Source: Thermoplasmata archaeon
Lineage (GTDB): Archaea; Thermoplasmatota; E2; DHVEG-1
Length of the DNA: 64,000 bases
Direction of reading: 5' to 3'
Assembly (NCBI GenBank): GCA_020054475.1
Contig: JAHWGJ010000003.1
Coordinates: forward strand, 30,141 to 94,140
The position numbers were made by a program, and so were the translations under genes. A model generated the notes under the pieces. The model had not been told where the DNA came from. It searched no databases and worked only from the letters and a program-made list of their open reading frames with translations. How positions within the stretch are numbered: position 1 is the first letter of the stretch; the number at the start of each line of letters is the position of its first letter. Below are positions 8,396 to 17,861 of the stretch, one piece after another.

Positions 8396-10294
8396 TTATC
8401 CAATAATACCCCAATCATCACAAATACCGAAACAGAAGGGCAATGATAGTAAAAACAATCCTCTTGCATTAATAAGTCGGATAAATTCTCCTGGATTTCT
8501 TGTCTGTATTTCATTTTCCCATATATAAAAGGGTTTACTTAATACCTCTAAATCAACATAATTCTCACCAGGTTCTAACTGTATAAGTTTCACATCAACA
8601 TCAAATCCAAAAACAAAAATGAACCCAAATGGCATATTTGATTTGCTTTTCGGCATAGTAATGCTTAATGGATCTGACCATGGACTCTCATCGCCATAGT
8701 TATCCTTAGATTTCACCTTTATAGAATAAGTACCATTTGCAGACCAGATATGTGATGAACTGACAGATAAACCTGAATCATATGGGCCAAGCCATCCTGA
8801 ATTTGTGCTGTCATCCCATTCAATCCAGTAGAAAACCTGATCTTCATCAGAATCTTCTGTTGATACAATATATGTATATGAATCGCCTGTTTTTCCTGAT
8901 GTAGGTCCATTAATTATAGGTTTATTAGGTGGGTTATTACTAGAAGTTATAACAACTGTTTTTGATATTGAAAATGCACTTTGACCGCTATTTGAATCTT
9001 CTGCTATTACTTGTACATCATATGTTCCAACTGATGACCATGAATGAGACCTAGTATCTACACTTCCACTACTTAAGAAACTACTCCATTCATCAATAGT
9101 ATCATCACCATTCCAATCCCATCCATATTTAACAGAATCATCATCCGGATCAGTTGTGCTAGTGGAAAACGATAATGATGACCCCATATTGCCTGAGCTG
9201 GGTCCTGAAGGTTTGCTAGGAGTATTTGGTGGATTATTAGCACCAGCAATTATTATCACTAATGTCGAAGAAAAACCACTTTGAGCTCCATGTTCATCTT
9301 CTGCTTTGGCTCTAAGATATCTAGTTCCAGTTCCGTAAAATGTAATTTTCACAGTACATGTACTAGAAGATGGATAAAAAGTTGTCCAATGACTTGGATC
9401 AATAATTCCATCATTATTAAAATCAAAACCATATTTTACATTATCACCATCTGGATCTATAGTACTTGTTATATACGTATATTGGGTTCCTTCTGTTACT
9501 ATTGTTGGACCATTTGGTTTACTTGGAGTATTAGGGGGTGTATTACTAGTTTCTTCTCCTTGTTGTAAACGTGTTGTACCAGTTGTCGTTCCAGAGAAAC
9601 CCTCAAGAATTGATCCAGGGCACCCTTCAAACTCGATTTGATATGTAATATCAAAGAAACTATCAACATTAAAATCACCAGAAATAAATTCAGTTAAAAT
9701 GAATTGGCCTGGACTCGGGAGACCATAATCCGAACCTGCTATTACTCTAAACGTACAAAAATCAGGATCACCAAATATTTCCCCATATAACTGAAAAATG
9801 TTACTTGGGAACATCTGAATTGGATCGCCCGGAGTTCGAGGTCCAGTATGAACTTCTAATGATACAGGTACTGCAAGATTTCGATTGAATCCAGCTAGAC
9901 TATCAGTACCTGAAACAGCCAGCTGAAGAGTAGCATCAAAAGTATGAACTTCGCCACCCAGTAGACCACCAGGATAGCTTAATATGTTATAAAAATTATC
10001 AAGTGTTGGATCCAGTTCCATTGTTGTTCCAGGAGATAGACCGTCAATGATATACATTGGATCATCAGGTGCAATATAAGGACACATTGCAGGTAAATCA
10101 ATTGTCCCTAATCCATTATCTGGCATGATGCATGAGTCAGTAAGTGATATAATTCCAACCACATTATCAAATAAGATATCCTGAGTCATTATATTGATCC
10201 CAAGAATTTCAGGTTTCTCATTGAATGCAGAAATAGTTACATTTGTCAATACGAGCGTAATACAAACTAAAATAATTATCAATTTCTTTTTCAT
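8396..10294 (-). CDS. Secreted protein with an unknown N-terminal domain, three PKD-like domains and a C-terminal extension
   Basis: Signal peptide MKKKLIIILVCITLVLTNV. Three repeats each open with (N)NPPN(T/K)PSKP(N/S)GP and contain WGD/WDW...G(T)Y motifs typical of PKD folds. Confidence 0.75.
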   Translation of the reverse strand: MKKKLIIILVCITLVLTNVTISAFNEKPEILGINIMTQDILFDNVVGIISLTDSCIMPDNGLGTIDLPAMCPYIAPDDPMYIIDGLSPGTTMELDPTLDNFYNILSYPGGLLGGEVHTFDATLQLAVSGTDSLAGFNRNLAVPVSLEVHTGPRTPGDPIQMFPSNIFQLYGEIFGDPDFCTFRVIAGSDYGLPSPGQFILTEFISGDFNVDSFFDITYQIEFEGCPGSILEGFSGTTTGTTRLQQGEETSNTPPNTPSKPNGPTIVTEGTQYTYITSTIDPDGDNVKYGFDFNNDGIIDPSHWTTFYPSSSTCTVKITFYGTGTRYLRAKAEDEHGAQSGFSSTLVIIIAGANNPPNTPSKPSGPSSGNMGSSLSFSTSTTDPDDDSVKYGWDWNGDDTIDEWSSFLSSGSVDTRSHSWSSVGTYDVQVIAEDSNSGQSAFSISKTVVITSSNNPPNKPIINGPTSGKTGDSYTYIVSTEDSDEDQVFYWIEWDDSTNSGWLGPYDSGLSVSSSHIWSANGTYSIKVKSKDNYGDESPWSDPLSITMPKSKSNMPFGFIFVFGFDVDVKLIQLEPGENYVDLEVLSKPFYIWENEIQTRNPGEFIRLINARGLFLLSLPFCFGICDDWGIIG

Positions 10295-10385
10295 ATTTTT
10301 ACCTCCATTACCCTTTATTCCTCTGATTATTATAATGCATATCTTATTATAAAAATGTGACGTTTGTTAACAAAATATTCTTTAA

Positions 10386-10411
10386 TGCAACTTTTGTAGC
10401 ATTTTAACTTG
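10386..10411 (-). promoter_or_regulatory. Shared island motif, copy 3 (TGCAACTTTTGTAGCATTTTAACTTG)
   Basis: 18/21 identity to copies 1 and 2, with the same dyad TGCAAC-N4-GTAGCA. It lies 91 nt upstream of the ATG at 10294 and 31 nt downstream of the flavodoxin-fragment stop. Confidence 0.45.
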
Positions 10412-10441
10412 CTGATTATGAATGAGATGGATAGGATTATA

Positions 10442-10729
10442 TTAGTTTTGCTTCAGTTTTTGAGCAAATTCTTTTGCATCGTTGATGTCCTCATCATTAG
10501 GTCTTCCTCTATTAGCAAACAAAAACTTACCCTTGCAAAAGAATTTTCCCTTGATGGAAGCATCCTTGGTAATAAGTAAATTTTCCATTTTTCTACATTC
10601 AAATCCTTCCCCTGAACCTGAAGTACCAAACAAAGCAACATTTCTTGATTTGAAATTATTATCTTTAATAAATTTCATCATAATTTTTGCAGGTTTACCA
10701 CCATAGCATCCAGAACCTAAATAAACCAA
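10442..10729 (-). pseudogene. Flavodoxin-family fragment (C-terminal two-thirds only)
   Basis: VYLGSGCYGGKP...VALFGTSGSGEG...RPNDEDINDAKEFAQKL matches the middle and C-terminal parts of short flavodoxin-like proteins. The N-terminal beta1/phosphate-binding loop is missing. The ORF opens with TTG and starts 8 nt from the integrase stop. Confidence 0.5.
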
Positions 10730-10736
10730 ACATTCA

Positions 10737-11768
10737 TTATTCAGTTTTGCATCTTGGACACTCGTTTGGTATTAATGGATTTTTAACAATCTCAGGTTTC
10801 ACATAACCTTGTTTTTCAACCTGAAGCAGAGTATTAGCTGCATCACGTCCACTAAGATGTATATACACCTCAGGCATACTTGAACTGCCAGTCCATCCTG
10901 CTAGAATCTTAAGAGTTGATTCATTCAAACCCTTCTTAGCTAAATCTGTAAGACGAGCATGGCGAAGTTTATGAGGACTAACTTTCTTTTTAATATCCGC
11001 ATCTTCAGCAGTGAATCGTACAATTCCATACACGCCACTAATCGTTAATCTCTTACCCCAAGTTGGAGTTGATTCAGAAACCCATAGAGGATATTTCTTA
11101 CTTAAACCAGAATTATTAAGTTTGTCTTTATATGGATGTATATCAAGCCACATTGAAAGATAATTTTGAGAGTTAATGAATCTAATAATTCTCTTACCAG
11201 TCTTGCCATCTACAACAATAAATGAGCCATTTTCATCAAACTCGATATCGTTAATATTCATCCCAACAAGTTCACCAACTCTCACGGCACTATCATATAA
11301 AACTGAGATTATTGCTTTTCTTTGCACAGATTCTGCTTTGTTTATCATTAATTTTACTTCTTCTGGATTCAGGACTCCATTAGGAAAATCATTACCAGAA
11401 TTTGCATAACCTGTTTTAATCCACCTAACACACTCAGGATAATCATCAGTGTTATACAGCCATTTGAAAAAATTCTTCAAAATTGATTTACATATAGAAA
11501 GTGAGCTTGGTTTTAATTCGTTTTGTCGTTGAATTAAATATTCTTTAATGTCTTGTTTAGTAATTTCAATAAATGGTTTGTTAAAATATTTTGCAAATTT
11601 AATTAATTGCAATAATTTATTTTCACAAGTCTGATATGCTGAATTATTAAGAGAATTATCCTCATAATATTCTTTTAAAACATCTCTATGTTTAGCGGGT
11701 AAACTATCTAGCCTACTCAATAGAGCTTCCGCTGATTTGTACATGATTTCACCAACAAAATTCATCAA
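10737..11768 (-). CDS. Tyrosine recombinase / phage-type integrase (XerC/D-like)
   Basis: Catalytic signature: ...DSAVRVGEL (Arg I), HKLRHARLT (His-x-x-Arg II), LAGW (Trp/His III) and EVYIHLSG (Tyr nucleophile). It also has an N-terminal SAM-like DNA-binding domain. Confidence 0.85.
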   Translation of the reverse strand: MMNFVGEIMYKSAEALLSRLDSLPAKHRDVLKEYYEDNSLNNSAYQTCENKLLQLIKFAKYFNKPFIEITKQDIKEYLIQRQNELKPSSLSICKSILKNFFKWLYNTDDYPECVRWIKTGYANSGNDFPNGVLNPEEVKLMINKAESVQRKAIISVLYDSAVRVGELVGMNINDIEFDENGSFIVVDGKTGKRIIRFINSQNYLSMWLDIHPYKDKLNNSGLSKKYPLWVSESTPTWGKRLTISGVYGIVRFTAEDADIKKKVSPHKLRHARLTDLAKKGLNESTLKILAGWTGSSSMPEVYIHLSGRDAANTLLQVEKQGYVKPEIVKNPLIPNECPRCKTE

Positions 11769-11898
11769 ATAATTCTACTCGAAAAAAGGAGTAGAAAACC
11801 TTTAAACGTAATAGTATTAGTAGGTTATATTCCTTTCGGTAGATAAAAATATTCTATGGGAGAGAAACCAATATTCCCTTATTAAAATTAAAAGTTGG

Positions 11899-11927
11899 GT
11901 TCAGGATATAATTTATATATGAAAAGC
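11899..11927. repeat. Right copy of the perfect 29-bp direct repeat (putative attR)
   Basis: Identical to 3919-3947. It ends 35 nt before the rps12 ATG. Confidence 0.85.
11912..11919 (+). promoter_or_regulatory. TATA box (TTTATATA) of the S12-S7-EF2 operon
   Basis: Archaeal TATA consensus, 44 nt upstream of the rps12 ATG and preceded by an A-rich BRE-like GGATATAA. GGGTGA lies 5 nt before the ATG. Confidence 0.55.
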
Positions 11928-11962
11928 TGTATACTGCCTTACTCTTCTCTAAAGGGTGAACT

Positions 11963-12394
11963 ATGGGTAAAGGTATAAATTCAGCAAGGAAGCTTAAAAA
12001 AAGCAAAAGAAAGCAAAACTGGAATGACAGATATTACAAAAAAAGGGTTTTGCACTTAAAAGAAAAAGCAGATCCGCTTGAAGGTACAGCTCAGGCTAGA
12101 GGCATTGTACTTGAAAAAGTTGGAATTGAAGCAAAACAACCTAATTCTGCTATTCGAAAGTGTGTAAAAGTACAACTAATTAAAAATGGAAGACAAATTA
12201 CAGCTTTTGCCCCAGGCAATAATGCTATTGGATTTATTGATGAGCACGATGAAGTAATGGTCGAAGGTATTGGCGGTAGAATGGGAAGAAGTTTTGGAGA
12301 TATTCCCGGTGTAAGATTTAAAGTAATTAAAGTGAATGATGTATCTCTAAATCAAATGGTAAAAGGTAAAATTGAGAAGGCAATGAGAAGATAG
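11963..12394 (+). CDS. rps12: 30S ribosomal protein uS12
   Basis: 143 aa with [19 protein letters not shown]...ITAFAPG..., the typical archaeal S12 core. Confidence 0.95.
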   Translation: MGKGINSARKLKKSKRKQNWNDRYYKKRVLHLKEKADPLEGTAQARGIVLEKVGIEAKQPNSAIRKCVKVQLIKNGRQITAFAPGNNAIGFIDEHDEVMVEGIGGRMGRSFGDIPGVRFKVIKVNDVSLNQMVKGKIEKAMRR

Positions 12395-12396
12395 AT

Positions 12397-12990
12397 ATGG
12401 CAGTAAAAAAAAGTGAAGGAAAAAATATTCATTTTTTCCCAATTTTAGCAAAATACGATAAGGATAAAATCAAGATAGAAGATAAAGGATTAGAGCGATA
12501 TATAAATCTTGATAGCGAGAATATATATCTTGGTGCAATTTTTGCAAATAAAATGTTTTCTAAACAAAAGGTGCCAGTTGTTGAACGTTTAATTAACAAT
12601 TTAATGAGAACTGAAAAATATAATGGTAAGAAAGTATCCTCTTATAAAGTTGTTAAATCAGCTTTTGAAGTAATTGAAAAACGTACAAAATCTAATCCAA
12701 TTCAGGTTCTTATTAATGCTATTGAACACGCTGCACCAAAAGAGGAAACAACTAGACTACGTTTTGGTGGAATATCCGTCCCAAAAGCAGTTGATACAGC
12801 ACCCCAAAGACGTTTAGATATTGCATTACGAAATATTTGTAAAGGTGTAGTAAATAGCTCACATAAGAATAAAAAAAGTGTAACTCTTTGCCTTGCAGAT
12901 GAGCTAATAAAAGCATCAAAAAATGATCCTTCATCTTTCGCTGTTGCAAAGAAAAATGATTTGGAAAGAGTCGCAAAATCTGCTAGATAA
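12397..12990 (+). CDS. rps7: 30S ribosomal protein uS7
   Basis: 197 aa following S12 by 2 nt. Contains ...NLMRTEKYNGKK...AIEHAAPKEETTRLRFGGISVPKAVDTAPQRR. Confidence 0.93.
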   Translation: MAVKKSEGKNIHFFPILAKYDKDKIKIEDKGLERYINLDSENIYLGAIFANKMFSKQKVPVVERLINNLMRTEKYNGKKVSSYKVVKSAFEVIEKRTKSNPIQVLINAIEHAAPKEETTRLRFGGISVPKAVDTAPQRRLDIALRNICKGVVNSSHKNKKSVTLCLADELIKASKNDPSSFAVAKKNDLERVAKSAR

Positions 12991-13041
12991 GTATACTATA
13001 TTTATTTGAAGAAATTATTAGAATTATAAGAGATGATTAAA

Positions 13042-15240
13042 ATGGGTAAGAAAGAAGATAATATCAAGAAAGCTAAAAATTTAATGAATAAATTAGAATA
13101 TATTCGTAATATTGGTATTGCTGCACATATTGATCACGGTAAAACTACTCTATCTGATAATCTATTAGCAGGTTGTGGAATGATGAGTGAAGATCTTGCG
13201 GGTAAACAATTAGTACTGGATTTTGATGAACAGGAACAGGACAGAGGAATAACAATAAACACAGCTTCTGCTTCAATGGTACATGATTTTAGAGGAAAAG
13301 AATATCTTATAAATCTTCTTGATACTCCAGGACATGTTGATTTTGGTGGTGATGTAACTCGTGCAATGCGTGCTGTTGATGGATGTGTTGTAGTTGTATG
13401 TGCAGTTGAAGGTGCTATGCCACAAACAGAAACTGTAGTTAGGCAAGCATTGAAAGAAAAAGTTAAACCTATTTTATTTATAAATAAAGTTGATAGATTA
13501 ATTAATGAATTAAAAGTAACTCCTGAAGAAATGCAACAACGTTTTGTAAAAATAATTGCGAAATTCAATGATCTTGTAAATAAGATGGTTCCTGAAGAAT
13601 TTAAAAATAAATGGAACGTAAAAGTCGAAGATGGCAGTGTTGCATTTGGATCAGCATATTATAATTGGGCAATATCTGCACCATATATGAAAACCTCCGG
13701 ATTAAGTTTTAAAGATATTTATGACTATTGTGATAAAAATGATCAAAAAACCCTTTCGAAAAAAACGCCAATTCACGGAGTTTTACTGGATATGGTTGTT
13801 GATCATTGTCCTTCACCAAGAGAAGCCCAAAAATATAGAATACCCCACATTTGGCGTGGTGATCAAGAAAGCGAACTTGGTAAAAGTATGATTCAAACAA
13901 AAGAAATTGGACCTCTTGCACTTATGGTTACAAAAATAGTTATGGACCCTCATGCTGGTGAAGTTGCTGTTGGTAGAATGTATAGTGGAAAAATAGCTAG
14001 AGGACAAGAAGTATACGTTGTTGGAATGCCAAGATTAAATCGAATACAACAAGTAAATTTAATGGTTGGTGCTGATAGAATTCCTGTAGAATACGTAAGT
14101 GCTGGTAACATTGTAGCTTTAACGGGGATTAAAGATGCTTTTGCAGGAAGCACAGTAACAGATGATCCAGATTCCGAACCATTTGAGCGTATAGTACATG
14201 TATCTGAACCAGTAGTTACAGTTGCTGTTGAAGCAAAACATACAAAAGATTTACCAAAATTAATTGAAGTTCTCCGGATGGTATCAAAAGCTGATCCAAG
14301 TATTCAGGTAAATATTAACCAAGAAACTGGAGAAAATTTAATGTCAGGAATGGGTGAACTTCACCTTGAAATTACTGAATATAGAATAAAAAATGAATAT
14401 GGTGTTGAAATAGTTTGTTCAGAACCAATAGTCGTTTATCGTGAATCCATAGCTAAAAAAACACCCCATAAATTCGAAGGTAAATCCCCAAATAAACACA
14501 ATAGATTCTATATCCAAGCAGAACCACTTCCCGAAAATATTGTAAAATCATTATATAATAATGAAATACCAAATAATGTTAAAAAACATAAAAAAGATGT
14601 TATAAAAATTTTACAAGAATTAGGTATGGATAAAGAAACCGCTAAAGGAACATTTGCAATTCAAGGATTGAATTTATTAACTGATGTTACAAAAGGAATT
14701 CAATATCTATCCGAAACTCATGAACTAATAGCACAATCCTTTGAAGAAGTAATGAAAAGTGGACCAATTGCCTCTGAACCTTGCCAAGGAATGCTAATAA
14801 GACTAGTAGATGCAAAGCTTCACGAGGATGCTATACACAGAGGTCCAGCACAGGTTATACCCGCAGTTCGTAATGCAGTTTACGGAGCTATAGTAAGTTC
14901 AGATCCAATTCTTCTTGAACCTATGCAAAAAGTATTTATTAGTACTCCTCAAGATCTAATGGGGGATGCTTCAAAAGAACTTAACCAAAGAAGATCTGTT
15001 GTAAAAGATATGCTATCTGAAAGAGATATGGTAAATATAGATGCGAAAGCCCCTGTTGCTGAGATGTTTGGATTCGCATCATCGATTCGATCAGCAACTG
15101 GTGGTAGAGTACTATGGAATACTGAAAATCTTGGGTTTGAACCTTTACCTAGAAATTTACAAAATCAAATAGTTACACAAATTAGAGAGAGAAAAGGATT
15201 AAAACCAGATCCCTTCCCTCCAGAATATTATATGGATTAA
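13042..15240 (+). CDS. fusA: Translation elongation factor aEF-2
   Basis: G-domain motifs [17 protein letters not shown] and NKVDR. The diphthamide-loop His sits in [12 protein letters not shown] prefer the [10 protein letters not shown] start at 13042 over the track's 13033. Confidence 0.95.
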   Translation: MGKKEDNIKKAKNLMNKLEYIRNIGIAAHIDHGKTTLSDNLLAGCGMMSEDLAGKQLVLDFDEQEQDRGITINTASASMVHDFRGKEYLINLLDTPGHVDFGGDVTRAMRAVDGCVVVVCAVEGAMPQTETVVRQALKEKVKPILFINKVDRLINELKVTPEEMQQRFVKIIAKFNDLVNKMVPEEFKNKWNVKVEDGSVAFGSAYYNWAISAPYMKTSGLSFKDIYDYCDKNDQKTLSKKTPIHGVLLDMVVDHCPSPREAQKYRIPHIWRGDQESELGKSMIQTKEIGPLALMVTKIVMDPHAGEVAVGRMYSGKIARGQEVYVVGMPRLNRIQQVNLMVGADRIPVEYVSAGNIVALTGIKDAFAGSTVTDDPDSEPFERIVHVSEPVVTVAVEAKHTKDLPKLIEVLRMVSKADPSIQVNINQETGENLMSGMGELHLEITEYRIKNEYGVEIVCSEPIVVYRESIAKKTPHKFEGKSPNKHNRFYIQAEPLPENIVKSLYNNEIPNNVKKHKKDVIKILQELGMDKETAKGTFAIQGLNLLTDVTKGIQYLSETHELIAQSFEEVMKSGPIASEPCQGMLIRLVDAKLHEDAIHRGPAQVIPAVRNAVYGAIVSSDPILLEPMQKVFISTPQDLMGDASKELNQRRSVVKDMLSERDMVNIDAKAPVAEMFGFASSIRSATGGRVLWNTENLGFEPLPRNLQNQIVTQIRERKGLKPDPFPPEYYMD

Positions 15241-15317
15241 AATCCATATTTTTTCTCTATTTTAAATAAATCATAAATTATTAGATAGGCAAATATATTG
15301 TATAATATGGTGAAAAG

Positions 15318-15674
15318 ATGGAGCGAGGAACTATTAATATTAACAAAAATTTTGAACTAGAATATCGATATTATGATAGGGATAAGAGTTTTAAATATTT
15401 CAATAGAAAATTTGAAATTTATCTTGTAGAAAAAAAAAGTTTAAAGAAAAATTATGTTTTGCATATGGATAATTGCGATTTATCTGAAGGAAGATGGTCG
15501 CCTCATATTCATAAATTACCTAACGTAAATAAAAAATATTATTTTGCGGTATCAACGCTTAATTGGAATGATGTAAAAAATAATCTTGCAGATTGCATTA
15601 TTAATGAAATTGGAGATAAAAATCAGATTAATGTAAAAAAGGCTATTGGAAAATTATCATCTCCCAAATTATAG
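15318..15674 (+). CDS. Hypothetical protein
   Basis: 118-aa ORF between EF-2 and MCM. I recognised no motif. Confidence 0.35.
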   Translation: MERGTININKNFELEYRYYDRDKSFKYFNRKFEIYLVEKKSLKKNYVLHMDNCDLSEGRWSPHIHKLPNVNKKYYFAVSTLNWNDVKNNLADCIINEIGDKNQINVKKAIGKLSSPKL

Positions 15675-15698
15675 ATCATTTCATTAAAGAATTATATT

Positions 15699-17807
15699 TT
15701 AATATTCTGTAATTTTATATTTGTCATGGATAGGTTCATAAATTTGACCGTTTCTTTTTAATCTATCCAATACCTCTCTAACTTTATCTGCAGCTATACC
15801 ATTTGTTTCCGCTTCAATGATTATATCATTTCTAGAAGCATTTCCCTCTTTTGATTCATCGCAGAGTCTATGAATAATATCAATAATATTTCGCATTCTA
15901 TCATGTTGACTATGACTGATTCCTGTTGCTATAATATCAATATCAAATTTCCCTGTCTCTTTATCAATTCCCACTCTTCTAAGATATTGATCAATAATAT
16001 TTATTGCTCTTTTTGCGTCCTCAACATTAGCTTCTTCTGATAATCTAATACGGGCACTTGCTTCAGAAAGACGTACAAAAGCTTCTAATTGTCTAGGTGT
16101 AAAAGGAACCGTTTCCTCTGATGAATTTCTAAAATTTACATAATAAGTTTTTAACATTTCTAACGCATCATCATTCATTACCGGGAAAATATTTCTTTTT
16201 GCATATGCAACATATTTTCTTAAAAATTCTGGAGAAAATTTCGGCATAACCATTTCCATTAATTTTTCCTCGTCCTTGGAAGAAAATTTTGATTTTAAAG
16301 ATTTACTAATATTCTCTTTCACTTCTCCTGCTTTATGTGTATGTAAAATATGAGTTGCAAGTTCTGTATCTCGATCTCTATTTGGTTTATCTAAAATTGA
16401 AAATATTAAATCGAATCTTGACAACAACGCAGGGGGCATATTTATCTGCTCATGAATTGGCATAAATTCATCAAAACGTCCGAGTTTTGGATTTGCTGCT
16501 GCTAAAACTGCACAACGGGATTTTAATGTAGCATTAATTCCAGCTTTGGCAACAGAAATCTCCTGTTGTTCCATTGCTTGATGAAGTGAACTTCTATCCT
16601 GATCACTCATTTTATCTATCTCATCAATACAAGCAATACCCATATCTGCTAAAACTAACGCCCCAGCTTCTAAAGTCCATTGACCCTCTCCAAATTCATC
16701 TCTTACGGCAGCAGCAGTTAGACCCGCAGCAGATGATGCCTTTCCAGAAGCATATATACTTCTAGGTGCTAATTTAGATAAATAATTTAACATTTGAGAT
16801 TTTGCTGTACCCGGATCACCAACAAATAATGTATGAATGTCTCCTCTAATGTAAGTTCCATCGGGCATTCTTTTTGATAATCCCCCAAATAATTGTAAAA
16901 CCAGTGCATCTTTTTCGACATCCATGCCATATATTGTTGGAGCCATACTTTGTTGCATCAATTGATAGACTTTTGGATCTCTACTTACTTTTAAAATTTC
17001 TTTTTCATCCTCTTCAGATACTTCTACTTCCTCAAATGCAAGTTGTTCATTTTCAATACTTACTGCATCCATAGTTTTATCAAAAGAAGTTAATTTAAAG
17101 GTACCTCGTCTTCTCTGCATTGAATGTAAAATACCATTAATAATGACTCTATCGCCAGGAGCAATTTCCCCCACCATATCATCTTCGAGATAAATACTTA
17201 ATCTTTCAGGTTGCGCCCCCCCTCTTAATCCTTCTGGATTTTCTTGAATTTCTATTTTTTGAGAATCAATAAAACTAGATAAACTTGTAACCAATTTAAA
17301 GGATGAAATTCTTTCACATCCGCCTTGATCAGCATAACACTCCGTTGGTTCTTTTAATATATCTTCATCTTGTTCAACTTTTATAATCGCACCACATTTT
17401 TGACAGAGAAAAGCAGCCACCTGGAGTTTAGGTCGAACCTCAGTTCTTTTTTTAACTAATCCATCAACCGCTTTTAATGTTCCAAGATGATTAGCTCGAA
17501 TATTTCTAATGATAAGTCTATTAATTTCAGGAAGATTTTTGATTCTAAAATGTAGATTTAATTTTTCACCAGAAGCAACATCAATATTTTTTAAAGCTTC
17601 TTCAGCATTAAAAATTGATTTATAAGGTTGATTCAAAACACCTTCAGCTAATGAGGGATTTATCCTATCAATATCCCAATAATCAATAAAGATACTTCTT
17701 TTGTCAGGATATTCAAGGGCAATATTTTCAATATCTGATTTGAAGTTTTCTTCAAAGAAATTCTGCCAAGTTGATGATAAACTCTTATCTTTTAACAATT
17801 TTAACAT
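15699..17807 (-). CDS. mcm: MCM replicative helicase
   Basis: 702 aa with a Zn finger (CQKCG...C...GGC), Walker A GDPGTAKS, Walker B CIDEIDKM, arginine finger SRFDL and a C-terminal wHTH. No intein. Confidence 0.95.
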   Translation of the reverse strand: MLKLLKDKSLSSTWQNFFEENFKSDIENIALEYPDKRSIFIDYWDIDRINPSLAEGVLNQPYKSIFNAEEALKNIDVASGEKLNLHFRIKNLPEINRLIIRNIRANHLGTLKAVDGLVKKRTEVRPKLQVAAFLCQKCGAIIKVEQDEDILKEPTECYADQGGCERISSFKLVTSLSSFIDSQKIEIQENPEGLRGGAQPERLSIYLEDDMVGEIAPGDRVIINGILHSMQRRRGTFKLTSFDKTMDAVSIENEQLAFEEVEVSEEDEKEILKVSRDPKVYQLMQQSMAPTIYGMDVEKDALVLQLFGGLSKRMPDGTYIRGDIHTLFVGDPGTAKSQMLNYLSKLAPRSIYASGKASSAAGLTAAAVRDEFGEGQWTLEAGALVLADMGIACIDEIDKMSDQDRSSLHQAMEQQEISVAKAGINATLKSRCAVLAAANPKLGRFDEFMPIHEQINMPPALLSRFDLIFSILDKPNRDRDTELATHILHTHKAGEVKENISKSLKSKFSSKDEEKLMEMVMPKFSPEFLRKYVAYAKRNIFPVMNDDALEMLKTYYVNFRNSSEETVPFTPRQLEAFVRLSEASARIRLSEEANVEDAKRAINIIDQYLRRVGIDKETGKFDIDIIATGISHSQHDRMRNIIDIIHRLCDESKEGNASRNDIIIEAETNGIAADKVREVLDRLKRNGQIYEPIHDKYKITEY

Positions 17808-17861
17808 TGTCTTCCACCAAGAAATTTTTTATGTTTTTTTTAGCAATTTATTTGAATTTTA

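Larger units (their letters stand above)
3919..11927. mobile_element. Putative integrated element / genomic island (about 8.0 kb) with a tyrosine recombinase at one end
   Basis: Bounded by perfect 29-bp direct repeats. The integrase gene starts 130 nt from the right repeat. The cargo is secreted or membrane proteins plus a truncated flavodoxin, all on the minus strand. Confidence 0.55.

Noticed and set aside
3919-11927. The island as an integron (IntI plus attC cassette array)
   Set aside because: The recombinase is co-oriented with the cargo rather than divergent. The shared motif is only 21-26 nt and lacks recognisable R''/L''-L'/R' attC architecture, and I cannot verify the IntI-specific insertion by eye. 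I kept it only as a speculative alternative within the motif finding.
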